DNA of 64,000 bases from Marsupella aquatica (GCA_973895155.1 OZ316898.1:1897927-1961926), one strand, 5' to 3'; shown: positions 38,301 to 52,869, numbered from the stretch's first letter. The notes: generated from the sequence alone by a model not told the origin. Numbers and translations: made by a program.

Positions 38301-39057
38301 AGTTTTCCACGATGGCATGCATGTAAATGCCTCCCTTCTTTAGATTTCCACTGTAAGAAACCGCGAGTATATGAGCGCCGGGGAACTCATCACGCAACCA
38401 GGTTTCCGGCCATATACAAGAGCCATCTCCAGATTTCCAAGTGGACAAATGTATGTGCGCAGAGTCCTTAACTTGAAGCCCGTGGAAAAACAGAATCTGC
38501 ACCGTGGGTGTATTTGGCGGCTTGTGCAGCTCGTACAAAGAGTCGTTCTTGACCTGAAATTGAAAAGATGGCGCAATAGATCGCATTTCTGAATTAAAGA
38601 CGCGATTCCGGGTGGGAAAGCACGCAAATATCATGTTTCTACTTCGGTTTCTAGGAATATGGAGTGGAATGAAATGAACGATTGCTAACTCATTCACAGT
38701 TTGCGATAAAGGGAACACCTGTCCAGACTTTTCATGTTAAGTAGGTACCTTAAGAGGATCGACGGTGACATGTGAGGGCCCTGATGGTCGGGGAGAACCA
38801 ATACAAGACGTCCGCGTTGGATTCGTTTCAATGGTGACTTTTGAGGGCCCTGATGGCTGGGGAGAACTAAAAGAAGACATCCGCCCTGGATTCCTTTTAT
38901 ATAAAGTATACATCCAGTAGAACAATAGAGGTAAAATGCAAGCGCTGCCCAGGAAGTAGAAATAAAATCTTGATAGCTCCGTTGCTACTTCTCTGGCAGC
39001 CAGAACTAAACAAATTGCAAGAACCACCCCAATACGTTCGAGAAGATCCATCGCCAT
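35304..39057 (-). CDS. Predicted membrane-anchored tandem SERAC1/PGAP1-like alpha/beta-hydrolase, 6 exons (39057-38749, 38553-37915, 37543-37376, 37219-36962, 36492-35866, 35504-35304), ~733 aa
   Basis: Hydrophobic N-terminus (IGVVLAICLVLAA; FYFYFLGSACILPLLFYW). Two domains each carry FFHGL, IWPxTWL, LVGHSFGGL, TPHHGS and ADHxxICRP. All five introns are GT-AG phase 0 and the exon lengths are multiples of 3. Could alternatively be two genes. Confidence 0.72.
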
Positions 39058-40297
39058 GACTGGAGGCCTCACAAGCTTGCCTGCGAAGATCCGAAACAGT
39101 GATTTCCCGATTTACTCCACCGTTGGGGAAGCTGGATCTGATCACACGCAAGTAGACTGAAAGCCAAGATTGCATGAAGAGCTCGTGACCCCAGAAGGCG
39201 GCAATTTGTGAACTCTCCTACTTCTTTGAGATATGCAATGGCAGGAGACTCTTTCAATCTTTGAGTCAATGACGGAAGCATCAGGAGGCGTCGGTTATAG
39301 CATTGCCATAGACCAGAAGGTAGTACTGCCATGAAACTGAAAAAACACTCTATAATAAGTTTTCTTTTCAAGGGTTCTTTGTTACATTGGAAGTATTTCT
39401 GCAAGACTTTGCGTCTGTAGCATTTGTGTAGTGGACAGTTAAGCCCGGATTGACTGAAGGGTTTGTTTTGCCCATTTTTTATGGACTGTGACACATATTG
39501 CTTCACTTTAAATCCAAATTACACATTATCAGGCTATCTTTAGAAGGATACTTCACTCTTGAGAAGGATGCCCCTAGTAGTTTTTCCAGGTGTCTCAACC
39601 AACTCTAAAATGCTAATTTTCAGCAATCTTGTGCATTTATTTGGATAACTTTTGGATCTCTGTTTCAGCTCAAAATTGTCCAACTTGTTCTCTGATGTCC
39701 AATCTATTACATGACAAAGTTTCATTTTTTAGGGTTTAGATGAGTGTGAAGATGGTCAAATATTATAAACTAACTGCCAGCCAACAGACACTTCACTTTT
39801 ATGAAAAACGCCTACTTATGGACAAGCACCGACTTACCACTTTAAGAAAGGATGCTTCCCTTGTATATGAGACGCCCTGAGTAGTTTGCATGAGCCGCGA
39901 CTTGCCATCACACATATTTATGGAAACTTGTTTACAGGTCACATATGAGTAAAAACTGTAAAGAGTGCCATCCGAGCAGATTTTGATGTTTTGAGTCAGT
40001 CCATCCCAGCTTGGAAATCCATGGGGGCTTCACAAGAAACCCCCCAATCCATCCAGGCCTTACTTTCCGTGTAGTGTCCATGTCTTTTGCAAGTCTCATT
40101 TTTTACAAACCAACGAGCCTCAATGCCCATTCTTTGGATGTTAATGGAGATGACAAATCATGATCATGAAATGTACGCTCCAAAGCAGGATTTCTATCCT
40201 GTGTTGGATGGGCCTGCTTTCGGTTTTCAAGGCAAAGAAAAACATCCCATCATTCCTTCTATCCACAAAAATTGTGGTGGAGCCCGTGAGTCATGGT

Positions 40298-40526
40298 CTA
40301 GAGATTTCACTCTACAATCCTAGACCCTAACTCTAGCTTCTCATCACCATTTACTAATAAGATTTTCCATAGTTACAGTAAAGTCCTGTTTGGAGAGTCC
40401 TATTTAGAGAGTCCTATTTAGAGGTGTCTAGAGACTTCACTTTACAAGCCTAGACCCTAACTCTAGTTTCTCATGGCAATTTACTAGTGAAAATTTCCAT
40501 ACAGTAAAGTCCTGTTTAGAGAGTCA
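40298..40526. repeat. ~130-bp imperfect tandem duplication
   Basis: ctagaga.ttcact.tacaa.cctagaccctaactctag...acagtaaagtcctgttt.gagagtc occurs twice. Confidence 0.75.
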
Positions 40527-42893
40527 AGTTTAGAGGGCGAACTTAAAGCCGGGATAGAGACAAACGTTTGTAGGGACAACCCGGATGGACACAGCCTGTT
40601 GACACTGTACCACCAATCCCTAATGACACCCAAACTGGATTAGAGGTGTCTTATGAACGGAAGCTAACCAAGATTTAGACATTACGTTAAGTACGTTTAA
40701 CCTCCCCTGTTGCTCCTGCCTAGACAGACTACGGGAAGAAACAACCAAAACCTTCCTGCTCCCGGTCAGCCAGCTCCTTACACGTCATCATTGGAGCACA
40801 AGTGAAAAGCATGTTATAAAAGCACAATCTTTAGTTTGTTCTGTCTCCATCCAGGTTGTGTTTGTCCATAGGGGTTTTTTCTCAAATGTTTGTGTATACT
40901 TGGGCTTTAAGTTCTTTAGAGGGCATTAATATGGGATATAATCCCCCTAAAAATGAGAGCTTCAGCCATTGTTTCCCAGAACAACAAGGATATTGGAAGG
41001 GCAGTTGTGAAAATCGGAGGAGGTCCATATTAGTGATGAGACTAGAGTGCAAGAAGAGATTCAGAAACCCCACTATAAATATCATTAAAGCAGTATAATC
41101 TGATGTTTGAACTGTGTCTATGGGGATCTGTGGCCTACCACTTTTTTTGCAGTTTATAGCCAAACTTTAAACTAGACCCAATACCAGTTCTTCAAACATG
41201 AATAGAGGTGAGGACAAAACAATGCATCTCCTATGTATTCCCCATGTCATTAGTTCCGTCACACAGCTCCATTTCTAGCTCCCTAGCACCAGCTATCCCT
41301 CTATGTCCTGGTTTGGGTGTCAATATCAGTGGGTTTCACATTCGCATACTTGCATTGAATCTTTAGTCACTTTACATATGTTTAGTTGTGGACATAAAAG
41401 TATCACCAAGCTCTCCCTCCAAGCTCTCACATCTTTGACATGTATTTTATGTTATCTCACTAGAGGATTTTCAAGTGAATCCAAAACTTTGAGAACCACA
41501 AGATAGCAAAAAAATCTATATCAACTAGGGTTAAATCAAACCCTAATTAAAGTTAATCCAAAGATTAGGTTAACCTCTACACCCACTAACCTATATCAAT
41601 AAGGGTTAGATCAAATGGTAATTAATATACTAACCATAAGTCCCAACCCTTAGTTTAGGTGAACCTCTACACCCATAGTAATTTTATACTCACTATTACA
41701 AGCCATAAACTTATTTTTTTCGTTGGATCTATGCCTACCCACTAGGCGCCAGCCACCTGGCCTATTTGTTTGATGCCAGCCGTCGATTAACCAGGGCCCT
41801 AATCCAACGGTCTGAGGTCTTTCCAACCCTACATCGACACGTCTCATATCACCTCAATGCTTTGTGTACCGGTACCAATTTTTTTTTGAAGAAGGACGAC
41901 GAGGAGAAAAAAGCGTTTCGTCTACGAAACAACGAGAGACTTCGAAGAAACCTCTGCACAATTCGAAGAATCCGACCGATTCCCCGTTTCCCCGTTTCCC
42001 CCCAACCGATCTGATATCTTACACGAGAGAAAATGCAGCACATTGACCAGTGTAGAGAAGAAAGAATGCTTTAGGTTGTCGACGAAGTTCGCCGCAAATC
42101 TCTCGGTTTCGTTGCGTTTTCGTTGCGTTTTCGTTTCGTTTCGCTCGGTGCGTAATTTCTTGAGGCTCGGGCGAAGGAGGAGGAAGTGGAGGCTTCATCT
42201 ACACGCAACGTCCGGGAGCTCAGAAACTTCTGTGAACGTTGTTGTCATTTCCAGCATTTTACAGAACCAGTTTTCCAATTGTGGTGCAATTCATCTGAAA
42301 GCACAGGAAGGTCATCGACCAGGGGAGCCGCCAATTCATGACGTTGGTCAAATTCGTGTGTGAGTGAGGAACGCGGGTGGCGCCTCAGGGCGAAGCAGCG
42401 TGGACGAGAGCTGGATGTGGGCAGAAAGCGCGTAGTGGTGGAGAGGGTTTTGTACATTGTGCTCGATACTTTTTTTGGATTGGAGAGGATTTTAACTCCA
42501 CGTCTCAGCAGTGTGCTAGGGTGAGACTTACATCTCGGAGTCTTTCGGATTAATTCTCTGGTACGGGAGATCCGTTGAATGAGAAATCAGTGATGGACAC
42601 GAGGTAGAAAATTGAGTGAGTTTTCTATTGTGCAGCGGATTTCTTACACCTTCTTAGGGCTAGATGGAAATCCCGTCCCGATGCTGATCTAAGTCAAGGT
42701 CCGGATTGTATTGAACAAGGGAATCGGGGTGTGGAAAGTCTTCAAGTACGCCGCTTGAGCAAACAAGACGATTGCTTATTTATGTTCGTTTAGGATTCCC
42801 CGAGGACGGATTGGACAATAGATCCACTGTAGAAGAGTGACTTTTTTCCTGTCTTGGTGCTGATATTGGACACTTGGAAAGAACTGAGGCGGA

Positions 42894-45319
42894 ATGGAGA
42901 CGATGGAGGCGTCTTTCAAGAGCCGAGTGGAGCAAGCCTTCGGTGCGTTGCTGGGATCCTCCGCGCACGGGGTTCCGGCACCTTCGGTTGCCTCTCCGGC
43001 AGCTATCGGTGTCGCCAATTCTTGGTCGGTCAGCGAGGTAGCCATTCCTTGCAACAAGGGTTTGAAAGCTGCGGACGAGAGCAGTGGCAGCGAAAGTGAC
43101 GAGCCCTGTGCTGCGCGGTACGAGAAGTTCGTAAAGCTTGCGAAGCGTGCACGGAGAAGGCAAAGGGATGACGATGGTACGTTGCCCTACAATTTCCTGC
43201 AATTCCCAAGTATTTCAAAGATCATGGACATAAATTCATGTTTTAGTCACGTCAAGCTCTTTACTTTTGGGGTTTGAGGACCTCGTCTATTAGCGTAGGA
43301 CCTCCTCGCCTTTTTCTCGTTGTTTGAACTGCCTCTCGTGGCTGTCGAGTGCTCTAAACTACTGTGGAGACTCTACACTTAATAAGACTGTCCGATTTGA
43401 CGTAGTTTGTAGTCAATTTGACACCCGGGACTCTCAGCCTCCGAAGCTGACATAGATGAAAGGGGACACGGAAATTCACATCAAACCTAATCTCAATTAA
43501 ACTTCGTGTCATCTTTTAAGATTGAAAACTATGCAAAGCCTCGAACAGGAAAGAGTGAGTTGCTTCATGGGCAGTGGCCAGCAAGATGCCTGGTGATTTC
43601 TTGTGTTATTCCAGCGGGTTTATTTGCAAATACTAGTCATAGTAGAGTACAGTCTTGCGGTATCTCAAATGATCAGCATTTTTTGTGCAATGGCAGGTAA
43701 GATCATGGCTGCTCCTTGTATTCACGAGAGGATGGTGATGGATAACTTATAAGGAGTTATTGAAACTGCTCTGTGTGCCCTTTTGGTTGGAAGCCTGAAT
43801 TTATTGGGTCTTGTGGTTTTTGCAGAGGCAGGCTTTGGCAAAGAGATCGACTTAGATGACTTGGACGACTTAGATGATGAAGGTAGAGCGACTAAACGCA
43901 GAAGAGGTGAAGATCCAGAGGCGCCAGTTTCAGCTGGTCCTGAGGATCTGGACGAAGAGGAGGAATGTCGCGAAGTGAGGTTAATGGTCGGCATGGACGA
44001 TACACTTGACTTTGAGGTGAGAGGTTAATTGATTGGATGCATTTCTTATCTGCCCTAGTGCGTGATGGACGTCAATGTGTCTATTCCAGCCAGAGCTTCT
44101 CATATTATGCATCTTTTTGGTATTTCATTCATTTGCAGCTGCTGACATGTACTGGGAATGTTCTTTGCATTTTGATTACTTTCAGGAGGAAGAGGATGAG
44201 TATGACAAGGTGGCAGTCGGCCGAGAAGGTGCTGGTGAGCGAGTGTACATGAGCGAAATAACCGGTGTTAGCTCTGATATGAGTCCTCTTACGCCTCTTC
44301 CAGATTCGGCCCCAGGTGGTGAAAGGAGAAAGTTTCGGAGAGACTCGAGGGCAAATCATGCTGCTGCAGTAGCTCGACTAGAGGAGGACGACAGGTTGGC
44401 AACAATCAAGAATTGTGAGGTGGCCAGAATGTTAAGGCTGTCAAGCGCTTCAGGGAGTGCTAGCAACATGGAACCTTCAGGAAATGGTGCGGACAGTGAT
44501 GGTGTTCCACATGCAGGGGGCTCTAGCAGTCTCATCAACATCAAGCCTGCGCTAAAGAGAAGTGGAGATTTAGCAGGCTGTGGCAAAGCTGATGCCCAGA
44601 GCAACAAATTGAGGAAAGTTGTTACGGAGGAAAGCATCGGCAATGGTGCCGCACACCAGAATGCACCTCAGAAAGAAGGTTGCAAGGACAGGGATACAAA
44701 TAGTCTCACAGGGCACGGTGAAAGTGGTATTAGGATGGAGGGTAATTCAAAGAGGGTAAGATTTGTTGAAGATGATCATGATATTATGGACAAAGAGAGA
44801 GAGCCAGTTTCTGGAAGGGATATCCAGAAGGTTAGGGAAATTTCAACGTCAAGAAACAGGTATGGCAGAGTGCCAGATCACGTACGCAATCCTTCGAAGT
44901 ATACTCACTATACTCTAGAATGGTCCGATGAGGAAGACGACAACAAGGTGAACTTAGCAGCATTTCAGGCCATACAGGCAATGGCTCGTGCCGCAGAAGA
45001 AAGGGAAACACCCGGGATAGTAGAGCTACCCAAATCCATAACCTTTACTCCCAGAAGTGGAGGAGCAATGAGCAAAAGTAATGGAGAGGCGAAGATTAGT
45101 ACAGGTGCTGGATTTCAGCAGTCTCAAGCTTTAGTGAGTTTTGCAGAAGAGGTTCTGACTGATAACAGCGCCCAACCTGAAGACGCATCACTTAGTTCTA
45201 CATCAATGAATGTGTCCATTGAGGCCAAGGCTGCACGCGTTTTCCGAAAGCGAGGAAGGGAAGAAGAAAGGGGCGATACTAATGCCAATGGTGAAGGTGC
45301 CAAGGCTGAGGATCTGTAG
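42894..45319 (+). CDS. TSSC4: TSSC4-like (U5 snRNP-associated) protein, 3 exons (42894-43176, 43826-44016, 44186-45319), ~535 aa
   Basis: N-terminal SFKSRVEQAFG, TLDFE|EEEDEYDKVAVG across an intron, and the TSSC4 motif VPDHVRNPSKYTHYTL. Canonical splice sites keep the frame. Confidence 0.78.
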
Positions 45320-46981
45320 CATCCTTACTGCTGGTTATCAGTTTGACGACAATGCACGGAGACCAACGACGCAGCCTTGTGGATCTGATTTTTGCAGAAA
45401 ATAGGGAAATTAGTGGAAAGTTCACGCAAAACACGCTCATTGTACAGTCCCCTCTGAAGCTTGATAGAAACTGAAAATCTATAGAATGACATGCCATAAA
45501 TAGAGTTAGCAATCTGACTAGCGGTGATCGTTGTTGGAAACAATGTAGCCAGGATGAGAGCCTAGTTTTGTCCAAGAGCCTGTTTGGAGCCAGAAACAAA
45601 TCGATGCCACCAAGAGATGGTGCTAGCATCTTTTTCCTAAACGGATGTGAATTTGAAAGTCACAATAAAGCTTCTGTATCAGTGGAGGAAGCTAATGATG
45701 GTTGTGGCAAACTGAAGTCTTATGGCTAAGTTCTGAGAAATGGAATTTCTGGAGATATATGTACTGAAACTCAAACCACGAGTCTTAAGAGGATGTAATT
45801 GGTGTCTTTCGAAGACTATTGCATAGTTTGGTGAGGGTCTGCGCCATTTCGTGGCCAAAAAGTCAGTAGCTGCTTTCAATTGGTACAAGAGCACACCTTC
45901 CTTGTCGCAACTCCAATCAAGGAGTTGAGCAAGGGAATCGGTGAACAAGTGAACAGAGGAAGCGCTAAGTAATATGACTTTTGTCAGGAACAATATCTGA
46001 AGATGTTTTGTAGGACGAAAGAATGCTTAGGCAGTCGACCCCGTTCTATTCTCTCCCGCAACAGGAACTCAAAGGTAAGTGCAGGCTAGGATTGACTGGT
46101 AGCCAAGATGCAATTGGTATCGTTCCTAACAAGAGAGTAACATGCCCTCCCATATTGGTGAAAGAGGACTATGCTTCACTCACAAGGAAGTTTGGTGCCA
46201 CAAAGAAAAGAGATCGGTGCCTAGCGGAGGTTTTTTCTGATGATGAATGTTTGAAAGGGATTGGCACGGTACCAGAGACTAACCGTCCAGCACCAAGGAA
46301 AGCCTGACCGAACGAGGAACTTTGTATGCTACGTATTTGAATTGCTATGTCTGCAGGTGTTACTGTCGATATTCTATGGTTTGTTGTTTGTAGCTAGCAT
46401 GATATCATGTACCAGCAAATGCACAGTTCGGTTCCTGCATTTGGGGGCAACTCTGCCATCTGCAAAGGTCGAGCAGGTTCAACTAGGAATGCTGAATTGC
46501 TTGCCGAACGAATCTCACTCTAGTGGACCCACATTGCAGCTCCAGCCCCACCTAAGTACATATTGTAGCTTCGTCACCTAATAAGATAGACTGTAATGGA
46601 GGTTTCAAACATCTATGGAACTTGGAGAAGACCTAGCATGAATGATCGTCTATCGAACTGGGTAAAGACAACCCCGAAAGGATGGACACGTAGCCCAAGG
46701 TTCATCCAACCTAAGTACCACAATTTTCAGTTCTAGAACATAAGAGATTTTTACAGCCGTGTTAAACTGTTCCGCTGGAGTATCACTATGAACAGGCAAC
46801 AGTGTCATCTTGCGCTGCTCGGGTAAAATTCAACATTCATCATTAGAACGGCAATAATTGTCTGATGCGCTCGAATATGACTTATCATTGACCACAAATG
46901 ACAAATGGAGCAATAGACTGCATTTTTACAGATCAACAATTATGACGTCGTCTGTTGAAATAGATATAAGCCAAATTGCCT

Positions 46982-49900
46982 TCAGTATTCTCGTTCAAGA
47001 AACTCGGTCAATTCTTCTTCCTCATCAATCCCACTTGCATCTACCTTTGCTTTCCGCTTCTTCTTTTCTAATGTTACCTTATACATAGGTGGTTTACCCG
47101 CCCGTTTGAAGATTGGAGCCTGCGCAGTCCGTACATAGAAGATAGCAACAGATAGTCATTCAACTGCTTGAAAAGTTGGTGAGATATTGGTATATTGTGA
47201 TGTAACGACGACTTGACCAGAAGGATTCACAAATTGTACATAGGAGAACAGTTGGCAAGTCTCAAAGCAATGCGACTGGTTGTACCCTTGCTCGTTCCAA
47301 GCTGCGTTGACGTCGAGCTTCGTGCTCTTGGCGCAGGACTTCCAACTTCTGTTGACGCACTTTCAGTCTCCTCTCCTTCTCCCGAAGTCTCTCCTGTTGC
47401 TCGACAAACTCATCTGGTATGTGATCGATGCTAGTGAGGTTCTCTTCCAGTTTGGCCTGTTCACACATTTAAAGGCCAGCAATTGATTTAGACCTATAAT
47501 AGGTATCATCATCAATAATACCAGGCCAAAACCCTCAGCTCTCTGATGGTACACAGAGAGTCAAACATCTCATTAGATAATGTTGCTAACTATGCGAGTA
47601 CTGTCTTATAGGAGACGACATCACCTCTATGTTGGTGAGCAATTGAAGCGTGCTCAGGGATGAGTCACTTTCCAGCCCACACCTTGCATAAACCTCCGCC
47701 ACTTTACGGGTTAGTTGTTCAAGGGAAATGTCATGTTTCTTGTCCTCAATATTTAAGGTGGTCTTCGACTCCATAGAATGTTGCCTCTCATCTTCATTCT
47801 TCGCAGCTGCGTCAAGGGCCTGAAACGGAAGTGGAGTGAGCGTCATCAAATAGGGTAACAAATGCAAGAACGCCAAAACCAATCTCGTTTAAAAAGCTTC
47901 AATTCAGAAACTTCCATTTCTTTTAGCCCAATACCGGCATCTTAAAGGTGTCAACCTCCTGCAGAACACCAAACCGAATAAACTGCAATTATAGTGATCA
48001 GCTTCAAAGTCACACACCTGCAACTGCGTGAGCAGGCCAGCGATTCTAGCATCATTCTTGGCCTTTGTCTCCCTAAATTTTGACTTCAAGTTTTCCAAAG
48101 CACCTTCAACATCCTGACTCTGCTGCATTAGAGCTAGATTCGACACCTCAAGGTCTCCAAATATTTCAAGCAGCTGTTTCAGTACCCCCAAACAAGAGTC
48201 AGCAGACCTTACCTGAAATTTTACAGTCTTGTCGTGGTTCTTTTGAAAAGGAACTTGATGACATACTTCTGGAAATTTTGAAGTGTGATGGTATGTGGAG
48301 AGGCAAAACACATCAATATCTAACCTGCCAGAGGTTAAACCGCAAGCTGTTCACAGATTTGGACTGAGAAGAGGGTCAAGAAAATGGCACAATGAAAGTA
48401 CCTGATGTGGCTGCTCAAAATACATGGTCTCCTCTATTACAACTTCTTCATCCAAGTCGTCCCCAGGGACCGAATCTGCAACATCCTTACTACCTACCCC
48501 ACAGATCACGTGCTGTAAGTTTGGGTGCGTATAGTAAGCTAATAAGAACATTTAGAGGCAACTTGGGTAGTGTAGTAGTAGACACTGTAGCTTGGCTTGT
48601 GAAAACCATCCAAGGGTTCCTCTAGAAGTGGACCTACTATGGATGCAAGGAGTTCAAAGATAGCTGTCAACTCGAAGGATACAGAAGGTTTGCCATGATT
48701 GTCAAGAAGCTCACGGTACATCTTTTGCCATCGGAGCAAAACAAGTAGTCCAGAAGGGTTGCTGCAAACAAACTTTACCTCTTCTGAGAAGGTAATTTGG
48801 TATCAGAAAAGTACCACTGAGCCGCAGTCAGGTTTCAGAATGAAAACAAACCCTTACCTATGCCTTACACAAAAAAGTAAAGATTGAAAGTGAGATGACC
48901 ACAGCGAAAGGGTATCTCGTGCCAATCGTCAATGAACAAACCTTGTGAATTTTCTTTGCCTTCTACTAGTGAAGAATCTTCAGAGCTTGAAAGCAGCTGT
49001 CTGGCTTTCTCTTGCTCTCGTGCTTTCACTAGTGCTTGCTCTTCAAACCACTCCTTTGGAGTCAACTTGATCAAGAAGTCTTTGTACTTCTTGCAGTCAT
49101 CTAGTTGCTCTGCAAACTACAAGACCACCGAAAATTCTGAAATTCTTGTCACGAGCACTTATATGACTGACAAGAAAGGCAAATGAATAAAGTGCAACCC
49201 TCAAATAGTGCTTTCGAGTTAGGATCATTCTTTTGGTTCTTTTAGAAAGGATCCATGTCTTAGTGAATCAGAAAGTCTCCAACTAAAGCATTGGATATCT
49301 GTGGACAGTTTGCCTCGATAAGTTAGCATCTACTGGCACTTGTCCTACCCTTGTGGCTCTTAAGATTCACAGAAAAACCCAATTACAGTCCACAAAAGGG
49401 GCTCACAAATTGTGTTAGTGAAACAAACCTTGTTAAGATCACTGTTGATAGCAGCAATTGCGCTGTTTAGCTTTTTTATCTCTGTGATCTGCAATCCCCT
49501 GTACGTCGGAAATAAGAATAAATCCTCTCGTATATTTGCAACTCCAATCTAGAACAGGGGTACCTGACGCGCTGAAGAATGGTTTTCTTTTCTCCATGAA
49601 GTTTCTGTTTGAGTTGTTGTCTTACACAATACATATGCCTATAATCAAGAAATCGATTTTAATTTCTAGCCAACTCCTGGCTAGCACATACGCTGCATAT
49701 TCAGAAACTAGAGTTGTGATATGCGTTCACAGATCAGAATAACAGTATTGCAACTGACCTTATCCTGCCTTCGTTTTGTTTCCTGCTCTGCCTTTTTCAC
49801 TGCCTCTTGAACCTGCCTCGGAAATAGAACAACTTCAACTGAGCATTTCACGCGGAATTATTCCAGGTATAGGTTCATTGCCAGGTATGAGGTCACTTCC

Positions 49901-51792
49901 ATAGGTGGACTAGGCGACATGTTTTAGCCTACCACAGACATTGTTTCCATTCAAAGCTGCGCAACTTACTAATTTTCAGGTGTTTCTACAATGACATCTC
50001 GTATACAGACAACTGGAGTTCATCCATCATGTCATTGAAATCATTAAACATAAACTGCAGCTTTCTGGTGAACGCTACTACTTTGAATAGAGGAAAGGGC
50101 GTGAGCTCTCTGAGTAATGCAAAAATGTATGAACCATCCCACCCAAGATACATGACCTTCAAAGAGAAGGCACCGCAGGTTTTGACATGCCCCTGAGTTT
50201 TCAGAGAATAGGCTGAACCTTGTTCCATGACAGTTAGAAAACACACGGAAATAACCAACTGTAAGTAAGGTTAAAACTTTTACCATAGCATCATTTTTTT
50301 TCAGAAAAGCATCAAATTGTAAGCTGTCTTCTTCAAGCAACAGTTCACTCTTTTTCAGTGCCTGCATGTGAAACGAGGCACAAATATTTGTGAATATTGC
50401 GTCGATCGGCTTATAAACGTACAACAGTTCCCAGATCATTAGGGTCTAAAACTCTCATCTTGATACCTTCAACTTTGGCAGAGTACGTCAAAAAGAATGT
50501 GGAAATTCTTTTGCCTTAGTAAAATGACTAGAGCACTAAGCTTCAATGTAATGGGAAACAGACCTCTTCTCTCTGAAATATGCGGTCTTGAAGCTTACGG
50601 ATTTCAGCCCTTCGAGTGTCCAGACTCATCTGCACTAGAAATATTTCCCTCTTCTTTGCGATGAAGTTTTGCATAGTTTCCTGTCCCAATCATCCCGACT
50701 CAGAAACTTTTAGCCTCATTCAATGTCATTAATTACTCTTTCGAGTTCTCTAAACGACATAGCATTTTTCTTTTTCTTACAAGAAGGTTTTCCGTGGCCT
50801 CTTTTCTCATTTGTCTAACCGTCTCAGAAATTTTGGGGAGAATGCCGCCAGTTTATAAGTTTGAAGTTTTCCAATACTTGGAGTGCCTTTCTCTTGTGCT
50901 AGTAGAAGGTATGCAAATCAACTCAAAGAAGTCACATACTTCATCTCGGTGGAAGAACACTGTCTGAAGCATTGGTTTGGGCATCTTCCTTTGCAGCGCC
51001 AAAAGCATATTTTCCCATTCCTTTTTCAATTCTCTCAATATCTGCAGAGCAGCATACACGATTCCCACAGATAACTTGAAGCCTCATCGGGTAGCTTATG
51101 AAGGGCTATCAACTTTTCGAGACTTATGTGTCTAGAATTTGATCCTCTTTGACCGTATCCCTCTCAGAAAGAACAAGGTCGCCATGGCAATATTGAGTGC
51201 GTTCCATGGTGAGGTGTGGACGTTGAAACTCATTAATGTTCTGAATAGGAGTCACATACCCCTCTCAGCTTGTCTGATCCAACTGAGGCACCCATCCTCG
51301 AGGCAAAAGTCGTCTTATCCCTGACTGACCATGATGCCTGCTCCCTCCTTTCTTTTCTTTCCCTCCGCTTTTGAGCTTCTCTTATGCGGAATACATCGTC
51401 ATCTGAAGGCATGACGAAAGGCTGCAATGCCCACTGCCTGTTCAATTCCCACAAACAAGGTATTTAGCATTTATAGAATTGCACCTTTCTTTCTCAGTCA
51501 CCATTATATCGAAACTGGAGGTAGAAGCAACAGATCTTATCCCGCATTAAAATGAAGGCATTTTTGTCTCAAGTCGCTAATCCCCGCCATTCTCTCCTCA
51601 GCCCATGCGATTGCCAAACTCATCTGCAATCTTTTTCTGTAGAAAACAAGAGCAGTGGTACGGGGAAAGCACGTACTTGCAAACCTCATCCTTGGCCCAA
51701 TCCGGCTCAACAACTGGCTTCTGGATGACTACATCGTCATGTAATTCTTCTACTTCCTCTCCCATGTTTTGTAATTCCTCCTCTAAAACAGC
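46982..51792 (-). CDS. CFAP100: Cilia- and flagella-associated protein 100 (CCDC37/FAP100, DUF4200), multi-exon; 5' end uncertain
   Basis: Exons: PFVMPSDDDVFRIRE; FIAKKREIFLVQMSLDTRRAEIRKL; ALKKSELLLEEDSLQFDAFLKKND; DDCKKYKDFLIKLTPKEWF; MYFEQPHQ|LLEIFGDLEVSNLALMQQSQ; VAEVYARCG...STLQLLTNIE; APIFKRAGKPPM...REY* (stop 46982). Confidence 0.85.
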
Positions 51793-52869
51793 CTGAGCAG
51801 GTGACAGACAAACAAATAATCGCTATTCCTCTGCTTCCTCGAATAATGATGTCAAAGGATTATGACAAAAAATCTCCATAATAGAAACGGAAGCACAAGT
51901 ACATCTACAACAATAAAAGTAATTCTAGCGATATAAAGCCAATGAAATAACTTTCTCAGACGGGGTTCAGTGAAGATGAAAACGATTAAAACGAAAACAT
52001 GGTCAAAGTAGAGTAGGCCTGTTAGTAAGAGACACTAGAAGTTTGGGTAAAAAGGTATTTAAATCGTACTGGCAAGCCTAAAAAGATCCATTTCGCATCT
52101 CTCCTCACAATTGTAGACGATAAGCTCGTTCAGTGTTATCACAAAAGTACTGCTGTGTTTTCACGAGAGTTTTCGTGTGGCCGTTAGAATGGAAGTTATG
52201 TTCGCTCCGATGTATGATATTGCTCAAAGGTTTTCCTAAGTACAAATGATTTGTTGGGGAACTGTGTTGTGTTTTTAATTTTCTCTGGGCTGTGAATGGC
52301 CTGGAGATGATTCTTCACATTCCAAATTTCCTCTAGAACATTGTTGAAGTACAAAGTGGCCTTTAAGAGAAAACACTGTACAAAGTGGGACAAGACGAGA
52401 CGCTGGGAATGCCTTATCTAGATTAGTATTCGCACATACAAGTAGGTAACACACGAGCTGCTGGATTGAACAATTCCAATCATGCTGCCCACGACAAGCC
52501 AAGGAAGTTTACACGTACATTGACTGATCCACGCAAGTAGGAACCCACAGACGATTTTCGAGGACCTAAATCCACCGATTCTTCTCTCTGCTTCTGCGGC
52601 ACATATGCAATCACATTACGTGAGACTAAGCAGATATCCAGTCTTCCAGCATGCTTACATTCAAGAAACTTCGGCAGTCAACAAATGCATGGGAATTCAA
52701 CTATTCGAGTCATGTGCATCGCCCTCTCGTCAGGATATCTCCCGTGCTTGCCAACCTACCTGAGAGCTAGAAGTTTCTGCAGGTCTCTATTGGACTGCTC
52801 TGAACAGGTATTTGACGGCAACATTTCATTTTAAACTCAAAGTGTAATGTTTGTTCACGGTTGCACGTA

